Source: Moniliella sp. 'wahieum'
Lineage: Eukaryota
NCBI GenBank assembly: GCA_003971905.1
Contig: RSEE01000043.1
Location: 434,001-498,000 of the forward strand
Direction of reading: 5' to 3'
DNA: 64,000 nt
The translations under genes and the position numbers were made by a program. Positions 49,765-62,124 of this stretch are shown in pieces. Below the pieces are notes generated by a model. That model had not been told where the DNA came from, ran no database searches, and was given only the letters and a program-made list of their open reading frames with translations. Within the stretch, counting starts at the first letter, position 1, and every line of letters starts with the position of its first letter.

Positions 49765-52700
49765 ATGCCCCTACCCGACCTGGCGCGCTTCAAGGCCCCG
49801 CCGCTGGCCGGCCAGAAGCGCCGGCCGGGCGAGGCAGTGCCCTTGGCACACGGAACCTCTTCCTGCGCGTCCCGGCTCCCGCAAGACCACGTCTGATGGC
49901 AGGACCAAGGCCTTGCGCATCAACGCGCTGTACCCCGAGTTCCTCCTCGAAGAGGTGCAGGAGACGTTGGCCAGGAACAACAGTAGCGCGTCCGATGCCC
50001 TGTCGGAGCTGGGGCGACGCTCCAAGGAGATGCGGGTGTCTCCCGACACACTGTCCCCTGCTCACCGGGCAGTTTATGAGCAGCTCTGCCTCCATTTTGA
50101 CGAGTTCCGTCCCGAAAGCATCTTGGCCACGTTGGTGGCGAGGCGGTGGGACAAGGACGAGACGATGACCCACTTGCATCAGTGTGGGGGTGAGGAATAA
50201 TAGTTACCTCCCTCCTCCTGTCAACAGGGAGCCGCAAACCCGATCTGACTTTTCTTCTGCCCTGTCCAAACCTCAAAGCATGGAGCAGGAGCAGGAGCAA
50301 GAAGAGGGGAAGGAGGACGCGGACGAGGACGTGGAGAACATCGTACCGACCCGCAAATTCGCCGTGGTGCCCCCCGTCATCGAGGACAATATCGAAGAAC
50401 GTCCGCCCCCTACCACGGTTGTGTCTAGTACCATCGGTTCCGCGCTAATGCCCGGCCTCCTCCGGTGTCAGTTCCTTCAGGGCTTCCATCTCTTCGTCGC
50501 CAGCGCCGGTTCCGCAGAACAAGCCATCACAGAGCAAAGCCAAGGAACAACCTTCTCTCCCCGTTGGTGTCCCCGAGGACAGTGACGAGGAGGAAGCGAT
50601 TGAGATTGATTCATACGGGGAGGAGAGCGACGATGGCGGCGCGAGGAAGATGACCAATGCGCTGGAGTGGTTCAACACGGCGAGCGAGAATGCACTGTGC
50701 GAGACGATTGGCTGCAGTGTCGCCCAGGCTGCGATGATCGCCTCGCTTCGCCCTTTCAACGACGAAGACGAGGTGAACGACAAGCTAGGGGACCGCGCGG
50801 CCAAGGGAGTCACCCCCCGCCTCTTCCATACATGCGTCGAGGTGATGGCTGGCTACCAACAAGTGGACCAGATTTTGCATCGAGTTGAAGGTGTAGGTCG
50901 ACGCCTTTTGGAAGACATGCAAAGATGGGCATTGGAGACCCCGCATAATCAACAAGAGGGCGGCAACCGGATCCTTTCGGCCCAAGCACGTCAGGAAGGT
51001 TACCTCTCTGAGCAGCCACGAGGATTATCGAAACAGTTTCGGTTGAAGCCCTACCAGCTCACGGGGGTTAACTGGCTCAGTCTTCTGTACAACCGTCGCC
51101 TCTCTGCCATCCTTGCTGACGAAATGGGACTAGGAAAAACAGTACAGGTCATCTCCTTTCTCCTGGCTCTCAAGGCAAGGGGCGAACCTGGCCCACACCT
51201 TGTCGTCGCCCCTTCATCCGTGCTGGAGAACTGGCGAAGAGAACTCGAGGTCGCTGCGAGCCCAAAGAGCGCCAACGGGCTGCATGTGGCCGTCTACTGG
51301 GGTTCTCAGAAAAGAGAGATATCCTGCGTGAGCAGATTGCGGACAAGCAAGATGCGGGCGAACTGGACGTGGTGTTGACGACATACGATATGGCCAGTTC
51401 GGGGGGCTCAGCTGGCAAGTACGATGCCCGCTTCTTCCGCAAGCGCGAGTTCAACGTCTGTGTGTTTGACGAGGGGCATATGCTCAAGAACCGGCGTTCG
51501 GAGCGGTACCAGAAACTGATGCGGATCCCTGCCCAGCGCCGACTGCTGCTCACGGGCACGCCGTTGCAGAACCACCTGGGGGAGTTGCTCTCGCTGCTCA
51601 ACTTTATCTTGCCCACCTACTTTGGCGATGCTGATTCCGAGCTTGAGTCCATATTCAAAGCCAAGCCTGCTACGACTGCTTCATCCAACTCCAATCTCCT
51701 CAGCACCGAGCGAGTGGAGCGGGCCAAGGCGCTGATGAAGCCGTTTGTACTACGAAGAAGAAAGGAGAAGGTGCTTGCGCACGAGTTGGCCAGTAAGACT
51801 GAGCGGGTGGTGCGGTGCGAGATGACGCCCGCCCAAGCGCAGGTGTACGCTGATGTGTTGGATGGAGCCCGGGAAAGCGCCCAGGAAGAGCAAGGGGGCG
51901 GGGGAAAGACTGTCAAGGCCAAAGCGGCCGCCGCGGCCAAGTCAGGTCACATCTTGATGGACTTGCGCAAGGCAGCGAATCACCCCTTACTCTTTCGTCG
52001 CAGGTTCGACATGCAGAAAATCGAAGCACTGGCGCGGGATTATGTTAAGAACCCGGATCATGCGGATGAGCCTTTGGAGCACGTCAAGGAGGACTTTGCG
52101 ATCAACTCGGACGCTTCCCTGAGCCAAGTGGCGGGCTCCTACTCTGTACGTGCAATTCATCGCGTCAGGCACCAGAGACTAACCGATATTTGCCCAGTAT
52201 ACCAAGAAGCACATTCTTCCCTCCGACGCGTGGCTCGACAGCGGCAAGGTCCAGGCGTTGCAGGAGATTTTGAAGGAGGCAATGGCTAAGGGAGAGAGGG
52301 TATTACTCTTCTCCCAGTTCACTACAGTACTCGATATTCTGTGCGAGGCCCTGCACGTTTTGGGCATCAAGTACCTCGGCTTTACTGGTGCGACGCGAGT
52401 CGAGGACCGGCAAAAGCTGGTGGACCAATTCACCAAGGACGAGTCGATTCCCGTGTTCCTGCTAACCACGCGTGCGGGTGGCGTGGGATCAACCTCACGG
52501 CGGCCAACTGGGTGGTGTTGTACGATCAAGACTTTAACCCCCACAACGACAAGCAGGCTGTGGATCGTGCCCACCGACTGGGTCAGAAGCGTGATGTCAC
52601 CGTTGTTCGCTTGCTCTCCAAAGGGACAATTGACGATCAGATCTATGCCCTCGGTACGCGTAAGCTTGAGCTCGCCAAGCGTGTTTCCGACGACCATCCG

Positions 52701-52829
52701 GGCGAACCGGCCAAGGATATGAATGAGGACGATGAAGGCATGAACGACGAAGAAATCCAGAAGATGGTAACTACTTCGCTAATGGCTCAGATTCGGGCAG
52801 GGGGAAGCCCGACAAAGGCCAACAAGTAA
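49765..52829 (+). CDS. FUN30: SNF2-family chromatin remodeler Fun30/SMARCAD1
   Basis: LKPYQLTGVNWL, ILADEMGLGKTVQVI, PHLVVAPSSVLENW, DEGHMLKN, LLLTGTPLQN, LRKAANHPLLFRR, VLLFSQFT, DQDFNPHNDKQAVDRAHRLGQ. Two CUE-like helical units at the N-terminus. Intron 52146-52197. Confidence 0.9.
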
Positions 52830-52951
52830 CCCCCTACAATTCTAATGTCTAATGGCCTGGGCCTCTTCCTTGGGACCTCCAATCGCCAAATTCTACACAT
52901 CCATGTGGTTCAGAAGTATCCTAATCCACCAGTACATTGTTTCCCAAAGAG

Positions 52952-53790
52952 TTAGGAGTGGAACAGATCCATCTGTAGGGTGCTGGGTGCTGGCAGTTGG
53001 GCCACCTGCGTCCAAATCGCATCCTCTACCTCTTCTGGAGTTCCACTTGCGTCGATGGTTACCCAGGGTACACCCCCTTGTGCCACCACCTTGCTGAGAG
53101 CCTGAAATTCACCGGCCACCGCTTGTTGGAAGGCAGCGCGCTCGTACCGCTCTTGTCCATACCCACCCCGGGCCGCCGCAACCTCGGCCGAGACAGAGAG
53201 AAAGACGACCAAATCGGGGGACAGCAGGCCCGTATCGGGAGCCATGAGCCAAGCCCTGGAAGGACCGGCGACGCTCCGCGCAGCTTCTGCCGTCGTGGCC
53301 GATTTGGATTTGGCAGCGGTATACGCCACCCCGCTAAACGCGTACCGGTCTGCGATCACATGGCTTCCCGACAGAAGGGTCTGGCGCAGCTGCGGCCTGG
53401 GAAGCGTCAGTCCTCGTCCGCGGCAAACAACGAAAGGAGTCCCGGGACGTACATGGCTTCCCATCGATTGGCGCTAAATAAGAGATGTGCGGTGCGGTCG
53501 TCGAGCTCGGTGGAGGACTTGAGGTAGGCGTCGAGCACTTGGCCGGTGGGCGTGGTGCGGTCGGGGAACTTGGCTACGTGGACCGGGGTGCTGGGCTTGG
53601 GCCAGACGCTGAGGCGCGCACGGAGACGGTCCACCTGCGTCGTCTTCCCCGCTCGATCCAGGCCCTCGACAACGACGAAGAGGCCGCGCTGGCCAGCTGA
53701 GGTGCCCATGGCAGTCGGGGTGGTGGTCGCGGCGGGCATCCGGAGTGGGAAAAAACGCGCCACCGACGCGTTGGCCAAGACGCGCGACAT
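52952..53790 (-). CDS. CDC8: Thymidylate kinase
   Basis: RGLFVVVEGLDRAGKTTQ, KFPDRTT, HLLFSANRWE, DRYAFSGVAY, RGGYGQERYE. Intron 53397-53452. Alternative in-frame starts near 53790, 53739 and 53709. Confidence 0.95.
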
Positions 53791-54860
53791 GCGGCCCGAT
53801 CCGCCGCTCGGCAGACGCCCGACTGGGTACTGGCGCCGTGCCCGCCGTCCCCGTCGTGCCTGTTGCTGCTTCACGTTTCAAATTTCATCCATCTCCCACC
53901 TCGTTGAATTGGTTGAACGTTGATCTGTGAAATGTAAAATTTAAGCCGCTTTGATCGATCATCAGGCCTCAGGATGGGTTAAGTACTACGTTGATTGGCA
54001 TCGATAATCAAAAGGATCTCAGCCGGTGTCTGTCGACTCGGTCTCTTGCACCGCAGAGCCAGGCCATGAGCTGCATAAGCAATGCACAAAGCAAGCCAAG
54101 GGCGCGTACTGGACGGTGGCACACGAGGAGATACCCCCCAGCGTTCTCAGCGACATTTCTCCCACACGTCTGGAAGACACCTTATAGCCTTACGTTTCTG
54201 ATCGGCTTTCGGCACCATTCTCCCTTTTCCTTTGCATTTTGGGTCCACTGTAGCGACCACCCTGGCTGAGCTCGCACCAACTGTTTGTCAACACATGTCA
54301 CAACACAGCTAGGTATTATCCACACGCCTTCGCAAATGATCATAACAGACATGCATTTTAACGTTCTGCACATCATTACTTTGGAGGCGAAAACCGACGG
54401 GCTTGTTGAATACAGGAAATAGACATGTGACATGCATCTGCGGAGAAGTGAAGCTTTTCCTTCCGCGCCCTGTCGCCCCGGTCATCACCCACGTTAGTAC
54501 GTCGTGAATATTGAATGTTTGAATATTGAATAGACCGCCGATCACGATGCCACGGGGCCAGTGTGTGGGGCGTTTCCCCCTCTCGCTCGCGCCAATCACG
54601 CTTTGCAGCGTTGAAAGATGCATGCCACCGATCCAGAAAAGCATGTGCTTTCCCGGTTGCACAGTGTGCTAGTCGCAACACGGCAGAGTATAATTGGAGG
54701 CCGCCGGCTTTTGTTTCGCCCTCCATCGCCCCTCCCTCTCCCTCTCACCCCTCGCTCTTGTCTCCCTTCCCCTCGTCTCCCTCCCCCCCTCCCCTCCTCC
54801 CCCCACACACCACGTTCTTTCTTCCCTCGCACACTCTCTTTCCCTCCCCTCCCCGCCAGG

Positions 54861-56696
54861 ATGAGGTTCGCACCCGTCTCGCTGCTGCTGGCTGCCCTCG
54901 CTGGCATCGTGGCCGCCGCTCCGCCCCTGCCTTACAGCGCAAGCGTGCAGCCGGGCAAGAGTGTGCTCCCTCGCACCCCTCGCCGCATCCCCGGACTGGA
55001 AAAGTTCCTGGCGTCCCAAGCTCAAGCGGCCGCCAAGGGAGCTGTGCAGCATACTCACCGCCGTGCTGCGCTTGGTTCGGGCCGAGGTGCGCCTATTCTG
55101 CCTCGGCGCCAGTCGCATCCGGTTCATACGTTCCAGCAGCCGCTGGACCACTTTGATCCGCACAACAATGTTACGTTTGGCCAGCGCTACTGGTTCACCA
55201 CCAAGCATTACAAGCCTCCTTCCCAACGGCCCAAGGGCCACAAGTTGCCTGTGTACGTATTTGATGCGGGCGAGGAGGATGCGTCGCTTTACGTTGGCTA
55301 CCTCGAGTCGGGAATTCTCGACGTTCTTGCCAACAAGACAGGTGGCATTACCGTCGTCCTCGAGCACCGCGGCTTTGGTCAGTCCTACCCGAACCGCAGC
55401 GAGATTTGGCCGCGATCCAATAAGTGGGACCAGGATGGGATGCGGTTTTTGTCGGTGGAGCAAGCGCTGGAGGACTCGGCACGGTTCATCAAGCAGCTCA
55501 AATTGCCCGGGGTGGAGGAGGACTTGAGCGGCGAACACCACCAGACACCTGTGATCTACTATGGTGCTTCCTACCCCGGTGCGCGCTCCGCTTGGATGCG
55601 CAAGAACTACCCCGACTTGGTCTGGGGCGCGATCTCCTCCTCGGGCGTGACGCTGGCGCAAGACGTATTCCCCGAGTACTATTACATTGCAGCGCGTGGT
55701 GCGAATGCGTACTGTTCCCAAGCCATTCAACGTGCCATGGCGAGCTTTGACAGCGTAGCCAAGCCAGTCTGGGCGCTGCAAAAGGGCGAGCCCGTGGCGG
55801 ATCCGGCCAAGGTCAAGAAAGACCGCCAAGCGCTCATTGACATTTTCGTCGGTGCCAACCAGACCCTGACCAACATCCAAGACTTGGCCAACACGCTTTC
55901 CAGTCCGCTCGGATTGTTCCAGGAACAGTATTGGACCCCCGGTTCCAACGCTCCCTGGGACGAGTTTTGCACCGCGCTTACCGAGCCCAGCGCCAATGTG
56001 ACCAAGACTGCCAGAAGATGCAGACCCAGGGCGAAAAGGACGGTCTCGTTCTGGACTGGACCGTCTACCTCTGGGGCGCATACAGTGCCAGCACAGTGAC
56101 CGCGCCGTGCGTCAAGACCATGACACCGCAACTGGGCGACCGAGCTGGGGACTATTGTTTCGGCACGTCGTTTGCCGGTCATGCGCCTGACGAGATGGAC
56201 GCGGGCAAGTCCTGGACCTGGCTCGTATGCACTACCTTTGGCTACAACATGGTTGCCCCCGGCACGCCGCATCCGGATGGCGACGTGATTCGTGGGCCCA
56301 AGGTGCTGTCGGAGCTGATTGACTATGAGTACACCTCTTCCGTCTGCCGCGACCCCGAGCTCTTCCCACCGGGCAAAGTCTACCACCTTCCCAAGCGGCC
56401 CGACACGCAGCGCGTCAACAAGTGGGGCGCGCTGGACATTGCAGCGGACCGACTGGCAATTAGGTGGGCAGTACGATCCCTGGCGCTCAGTGTGCCCAGT
56501 GAGTGAGGACTTTGCCTATGGCGGAGACCGGCTGGACACGCTCGAGCGACCGTTCAAGTTGATCCCCGATTGCTGGCATGGCTGCGACTCGCTCACTGCG
56601 CCGCACGAACCGCAGCGCATCCAGCGCATCCACCAGGAAGCTCTCCAGTGGACCGAGCACTGGATGAAGCAGTACTGGGCCACCCACCACAGTTGA
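54861..56696 (+). CDS. Secreted serine peptidase, family S28 (prolylcarboxypeptidase-like)
   Basis: Signal peptide MRFAPVSLLLAALAGIVAA, FQQPLDHF, FGQRYW, LEHRGFGQSYP, LSVEQALEDSA, nucleophile GASYPG, GGQYDPWR (Asp), WHGCD (His). Confidence 0.92.
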
Positions 56697-57725
56697 CATG
56701 TTGACACTACGGACTGACTTGGCCGCTGCTGCACAGATCTTCTCCCAGGGCGGGTTGCCCTATTCCTGCTTTTTTCGTTTTTTCCCCCTACTGTGGTATA
56801 ATGCCCCTTTCCTTTTTCCCATCCCCCTCGGCTACAGCCCGCTGGGCTGGCTAGGCCAGATGACGCACTGGGTAGAATTGGGTTGTGTGCCATGGCATGC
56901 GATCGGTTGGTGGGGGATCGAGGAGAGATGGGCAGGAGAAAGGGAAGGCGGCGTGGAACAGGGTGGGAAAGTAGGATGGGCATGGTATCCTGACCGAAGG
57001 GGTGGCGGTGCAGATGGCCTGTCTGAGGAGCTCACCTGCATGGCTCGCCGAGGGATGGAGGGAAGATGGTCGATTCGATGGCGGTTGATGGCGATGGCGT
57101 GTGATGCATGATGGGGCAGGATGCGGATGGCTGGGAGCTTGGCTGCGGTGCCAGGCTGTGCCAGGCAGTTGCCGGGGGCGGGGGCGGAAAGCGGGGGAGG
57201 GGGAGACGATCGGTGTGGATGATTGCAAGAGGAGTGACTGGTGATGATGCATGATGATTGGCCGGGGAGTGTGGTGGGCGGGGCGTGGGAGCGAGGGGCG
57301 CCGACCCGGGGAGGCCGCTTGGGGCGAGCGGATGCGCAGTGTGGCAGGGGGGCAGGGCGGTGGCGATGGCCATGGCGATGGCCTGCAGAGAGCGAGGGCG
57401 GGGGCAGAGGGGCGCCGTGCCGCAGCGGCTGTGCGCCGAAGCGAGCAGGCGCAGGGCGGCAGAGGCGACGGTTGCCCAACGCCCATCATTAATGGTTAAC
57501 TGCATGATGCACCAAGTGACAGGCGACGCGTGAGGCGGCGGCAGGCCCAGTCCCTAGTCCCCCAGCGCACCATGCCGGTCTCTCCGCCATAGACGCTGTC
57601 GCGGCAGTAGAGTACCCCCCGTGAGTTGCTGAGCCTCAGCGCTCAGCCCCAGCTCATCGATCAAACAAGTACGTGTTTGGTGGTGCTGCTGCGCTTGCCG
57701 CTGGTTGTCCTGCCCGGCCCTTGCG

Positions 57726-57779
57726 CCTCCGCCTCCACCTCCACCTCCACCTCCACCTCCACCCCCACTCCCACCCCCA
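57726..57779. repeat. (CTCCAC)n-like microsatellite directly upstream of the CHS7 start
   Basis: Read directly from sequence. Confidence 0.8.
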
Positions 57780-57780
57780 A

Positions 57781-58848
57781 ATGCCGTTCCAGGTGGGAAA
57801 CTACACCGGCCTGTGCCAGGAGGTGGCGTTGCTGCCCTGTCCGCTGCTCAACTCGGACGCGGGCATTGTGCCGACATGCTATGCCCGCACCGTCCAGCTC
57901 GGCAGCACCCTCGTCTTCCAATGCGGTGCGTTGCTTTCCCCCCCCCCTCCCATGGGCAAGGAAGGAACGTGGCGGAACGCTGACCCCGGCTGCCCACCTG
58001 CCCTGCCTGCGCCGACAACCCCCTGTGTCATCCATATCTTTGCCTTCTTCATGGTGGCCATCATGCTCTACCACATTCGCTCCAAGTACACTGCGGTGGG
58101 ACGGCGTGAGATCAGCCTGTTCTTTTACCTCTACCTCATCGAGGAGATCCTCGGCATCTTTCTCGACTCGGCCGTCATCCCCACCTACTCGGGCGGATAC
58201 ATATGGATCGTATCCGTCCATGTCGGCCTGGTCTTGGCCCTGTCGTGGTGTCTGATGGTCAATGGCTTTGTCGGGTTTCAGTTCTGGGAAAGACGGACGC
58301 GACAGTCGCTTTGTCCATGTATGGCACCACGCTGGTGCTTTGGGTCGTTGGCTTTGTCGTCGCCGCCGCTACTTTTAAAGGGTGGGGGGGCAGTCTCAAC
58401 CCTCAGCACCATGTGGGGCTCTATGTCGTCCATCTCATTGTGCCCGTCATCTTTATTGCGATTTGGCTGGTTACCAGGTCTGGATTGTGCTGCGCACGCT
58501 CGATACCTTGTGGCCGCTGGGCGACTTGGCCTGTGCCACCATCTTCTTCGTCGGAGGCTTGGTACTGATGATGGGCGTCTCGACCGACGTGTGCTCTGGC
58601 ACAAAACATTACGTCGACGGCCTATTTTTTGGCACGCTGGCCATCCTCTTTGCCATCATGATGGTGTACAAGTTCTGGGACGACATTACCGGGAAGACCT
58701 CGAGTTCTCTGTCGGCACCAAGGTGGCCGCGTGGCAAGTCAAGGAACCCACTTATTACGGCTCTGAAGCCGACTCGTTCGCCTCCAAGCCTAACCTGCTT
58801 CCCCACCCCCAAGCGAAAACCAACAAGGCGGGCTACCAAGCATTTTAG
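57781..58848 (+). CDS. CHS7: Chitin synthase export chaperone Chs7
   Basis: LPCPLL, PTCYARTVQL, HIRSKYTAVGRREI, WCLMVNGFVGFQFWED, WPLGDL, HYVDGLFFG, MMVYKFWDDIT.EDLEFSVG. Confidence 0.94.
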   Translation: MPFQVGNYTGLCQEVALLPCPLLNSDAGIVPTCYARTVQLGSTLVFQCGALLSPPPPMGKEGTWRNADPGCPPALPAPTTPCVIHIFAFFMVAIMLYHIRSKYTAVGRREISLFFYLYLIEEILGIFLDSAVIPTYSGGYIWIVSVHVGLVLALSWCLMVNGFVGFQFWERRTRQSLCPCMAPRWCFGSLALSSPPLLLKGGGAVSTLSTMWGSMSSISLCPSSLLRFGWLPGLDCAAHARYLVAAGRLGLCHHLLRRRLGTDDGRLDRRVLWHKTLRRRPIFWHAGHPLCHHDGVQVLGRHYREDLEFSVGTKVAAWQVKEPTYYGSEADSFASKPNLLPHPQAKTNKAGYQAF

Positions 58849-58881
58849 TTCTCTCTTGTCCCCCCTCCTCCCCCCCCCCGC

Positions 58882-58914
58882 CCTCTACCTCTACCTCTAC
58901 CTCTACCTCTACCT
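58882..58914. repeat. (CTCTAC)x5 microsatellite just after the CHS7 stop
   Basis: Read directly from sequence. Confidence 0.85.
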
Positions 58915-59129
58915 CCTCCTCTCCCTGCGTATGACCCTGTACCCCGCTCATCCCCCCCCGTTGTTGGGGCACGTCTCTAGCATCATTGTACCCTGCCCTT
59001 GATCCCGTTCTTTGTACAGCATCCATTTCACCATGTAATTAAGGGCATGCAGAGAGCTAGGTTGCAGCAAGCGCGTTCCTGGGACCAAGTAGGGCGGTCG
59101 ACCGAGGCGAGAGACAGAGGCGGAAACAC

Positions 59130-62124
59130 TCAGCGACTTGGGTGCTCCGCTGTCACCACACGTTCCACCACCCGGGCCAATTCAGCACGGAGAGTTTGGA
59201 CTTGACGTTCCTGGCGCTCCAAGAGGAGGGCGAGGCGAGTTGCCTGATCGCGTGGCGAGTCGCTTGGTGACCAGGCAGCTGGTCCGGAGGAAAGAGGGCT
59301 TGGTGGAGCGCTTTGCCGCAACGCCTGGCCCAGCACGGCCTCATCTTGTCGTACCCGTTCCGCTGGCCACCCGTTCCCCGCCCGCCTCGGCCCGCCGAGC
59401 GCATGGCCCAGATATTCAGCCCCAGCAGAACCACCACCGTGGCGGTGAGGATGAGGGTGGTAAGCGACGCTTGGCGCACCTGATCCACCAGTGACGCACC
59501 CCTCCTGCCCCCCTCCCAGAACCGCGCACCCAAGCTGCTGCCCCCGCCCGTTCCCACCGGTTCCACACTACTTGCCACACTCGCGTGGCGCGAAGCGAGG
59601 GAGGCCTGATCCTCCTCCTCTTCCTCCTCCATCTCTTCCTCGCCCTCGTCGGCTTCTTGGTCCTTAAACTCATTCGCATGCGCATGCATGTACTCCTCAA
59701 TCGCCTTGTGCAGCGCCTTGTAGTACTCCTTTTGTCCCTCAATCGACGCCCGATCAATCACACCTGCGTCCGCGTCAGTTCACTAATCCTTGTTGGCGCT
59801 TTGGCTTTGGCGCCCTCTGTGACGGCGGAAAAAAGAGGGGAGGGTACGCACTGCGAATGAAGCTTCGTCCAGTCCACTCGACCGCACAGGTCACATGCAA
59901 TTTGGTCCGCCAGCCTCCGGCCCAGGTAAGGCAGGTGCGCGTCTTGACTGAAAACGAGCCGCCTGAGGGAACGTCGGGGGTGCGGGTGGTGGTGAGGGTG
60001 GTGGTGTACTGGGCTGGGTCGACGTGCAACGACGTTTCCGAGATGACACACTTGGCTTGCTTGGTCCAATCGACGCATTCAACGGTTTGATGTACACCAC
60101 GGAGCGGGTCATGCCTTGTTCCCCCTTTTCCCACTCGCCGATCTCGACATCCAACACTTTTTGGTTCTCCACCAAAAACGTCCGTACGAAATCCGTGGTG
60201 AAGAGAAGGTTGTGCAACGTCTCCACACTGGTGGGGAAGATGGCGTCCATGACCACATTGGGATAATGTTCTTTGCGCTTCCCATCTTCGCACTCGGTCG
60301 CCGGGTGCAGTCGTCGACGTGACCGTTTCGCCGCAGACCCATCCGCCTTCTGCGTCGCTTTCCTCCTCCTCCGAGGAGGAGGAGAGGAGGACAACGACAA
60401 CCCGTCCTCCGACAACGCATCGCCATCTTCGTCCGAGACCATGCCTTGTCTCCTCCGTTTCTCCCTACGCTCCATAAACTTACGCCGGAGCCGGGCGCGC
60501 TTGGACAGGCGCGCCTTGGACCGCGCTTCAGCCGTCGCCTCCGCACCACTTTCTTCGTCCGTGTCGCGCGCTCCCGCCAGCCCCGTGGCCAGCGACGGAT
60601 GCGACAGCTTCCAAATGTTCCGAATCACATCGTATGTCCCATCGCGCGAAAGAAAGGAGGCAAACGTATACTGCACGCTCGGTACATCAGCACGGGCAGG
60701 TGGGGTGGTGGGGGTTAGGAAGGCAGGCAAAGGCAGAGGAAAGCAGAGCGAAATCGGCAGCGAGGAGAGGAACCACAGAGCACATCACGTACCTTGGCAG
60801 TTAATGTGGCCACAGTGATCGCATTGGGAATCACAAGTGCCGTGTTGCGCTTCTCGATCGAGACAATGTCGGCAAAGGGCACAACCAGGTTGGTCACCCA
60901 GCCAAAAATGTTCGAGTTGAAGCAAAGTGGTTCTCCGAAACGTACAGACGCCCCTGGTGCAAAATGTCGCGGACCAAAGCACAGCCATAATCTACGATAC
61001 GACAATGAACGGGGTCAGTACTCAGTACTCAGAACTCAGATCTCACACTCGGGACTCAGACACTCAGGCACTCAAGCACTCAGTTGGGCATCCGCTGACT
61101 AGGCGCAAGCCGCCCAAGCAAGCCGCCCAAGCAAGCCGCCCAAACCCCTTCAATCAAATAATCGTCTTCGGGCGCATCGGCAAAGATGGCGTGAAACTCG
61201 GCGTTGCGCTTGGACGAGGCGACGGCAAAACCGGTGATTTGATGCTCCACCGCGGCCGGGTCGGTTGCCAAGCGCGCGTGCTGGCCCACGGACTCGCATC
61301 CGAATCACTCTCGTCCTCCACTGGCCATCGAAGTTAAACGGGTCGTGTCCAGTGCCGTGGAGAGCGCGTTGCGCAGCCCCTCACTGATCCATCTTCGTCC
61401 GCCTTGCCGTCCTTAGGGTCAGACAGGGCGACAACAGGAGCGACAGCAGGCTCGCTCCGCTCGCTCGACTCGGCACCGGAAGCAGACCCGGCAGAGGCAG
61501 AGGCGAGGGGGGAAGGCAGCTGCCGACGCAGCGGTCGTCACGGGGTTGTGGCCATTGGCCGAGGCGGGGGAAACCAAGGCCTGAGCAGGCTTGGCGGACT
61601 GGCACTGCGAATCAACGCGGGCTGGGTCGAGGTCGAGATGACTTGGCGCAGCGCAAGTGGGAGCGGCGACTGGGTCGGCAGCACCTCGGTGCCTGCGGCG
61701 CCGGGCGCCGCGATGGGCGATTGGATCCCGGGCAGGGATACGTGAATCGGGTAATGGCGGTGCCGCCACAGCAGGCGCAGCCGACGCGTCCCGCTCCACC
61801 TCGTCCAGACGCAAGCTGCCATGGCTCGGCGCATCGAGGGAATACAGCGGGGTCGCATCGGGCGCCAACGAAGACGGGATGGCATGTGATGGCGGCGGCG
61901 CTGGCGCCTCGTCGCCCGAACTGCCCGAATCGGACCCGGCAGAATCGCGGTCCAGGGCAGCGGCATCGTCGAGCGCACGGCGCATGCGCTCGTGCCGGTT
62001 GGGCAGCGTGCTGGCCGCCGGGCGGCGGAGGACTTGGAGGTGGAGGGCCGGGGCGCGCGGCGGAGGCTGTTGCTGTGGACAAGGAGCCGTTGGGGGTATC
62101 ATTATGCGGGCGGAAGAGGGACAT
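59130..62124 (-). CDS. Membrane-anchored lipid transfer protein, GRAM plus VASt/StART-like domain (Lam/Ysp2/GRAMD1 family)
   Basis: GFAVASSKRNAEFHAIF..DDYLIE/DYGCAL.RDIL.QGRLYVSENH, NIFGWVT, YTFASFLSRDGTYD, TRTPDVPSGGSFSVKTRTC, C-terminal TM helix ILTATVVVLLGLNIWAM and coiled coil. At least three introns. Start uncertain. Confidence 0.88.

Noticed and set aside
60992..61147. CRISPR-like repeat array
   Set aside because: Units are 7-13 nt with no unique spacers, lie inside a eukaryotic intron, and no cas genes are present.
6540..62124. Functional gene cluster (membrane traffic: VAC14, SEC17, ATG16, CHS7, GRAM/VASt; chromatin: CHL1, FUN30, HIRIP3-like)
   Set aside because: The genes are interspersed housekeeping loci from broad categories, with no shared pathway or biosynthetic core enzyme.
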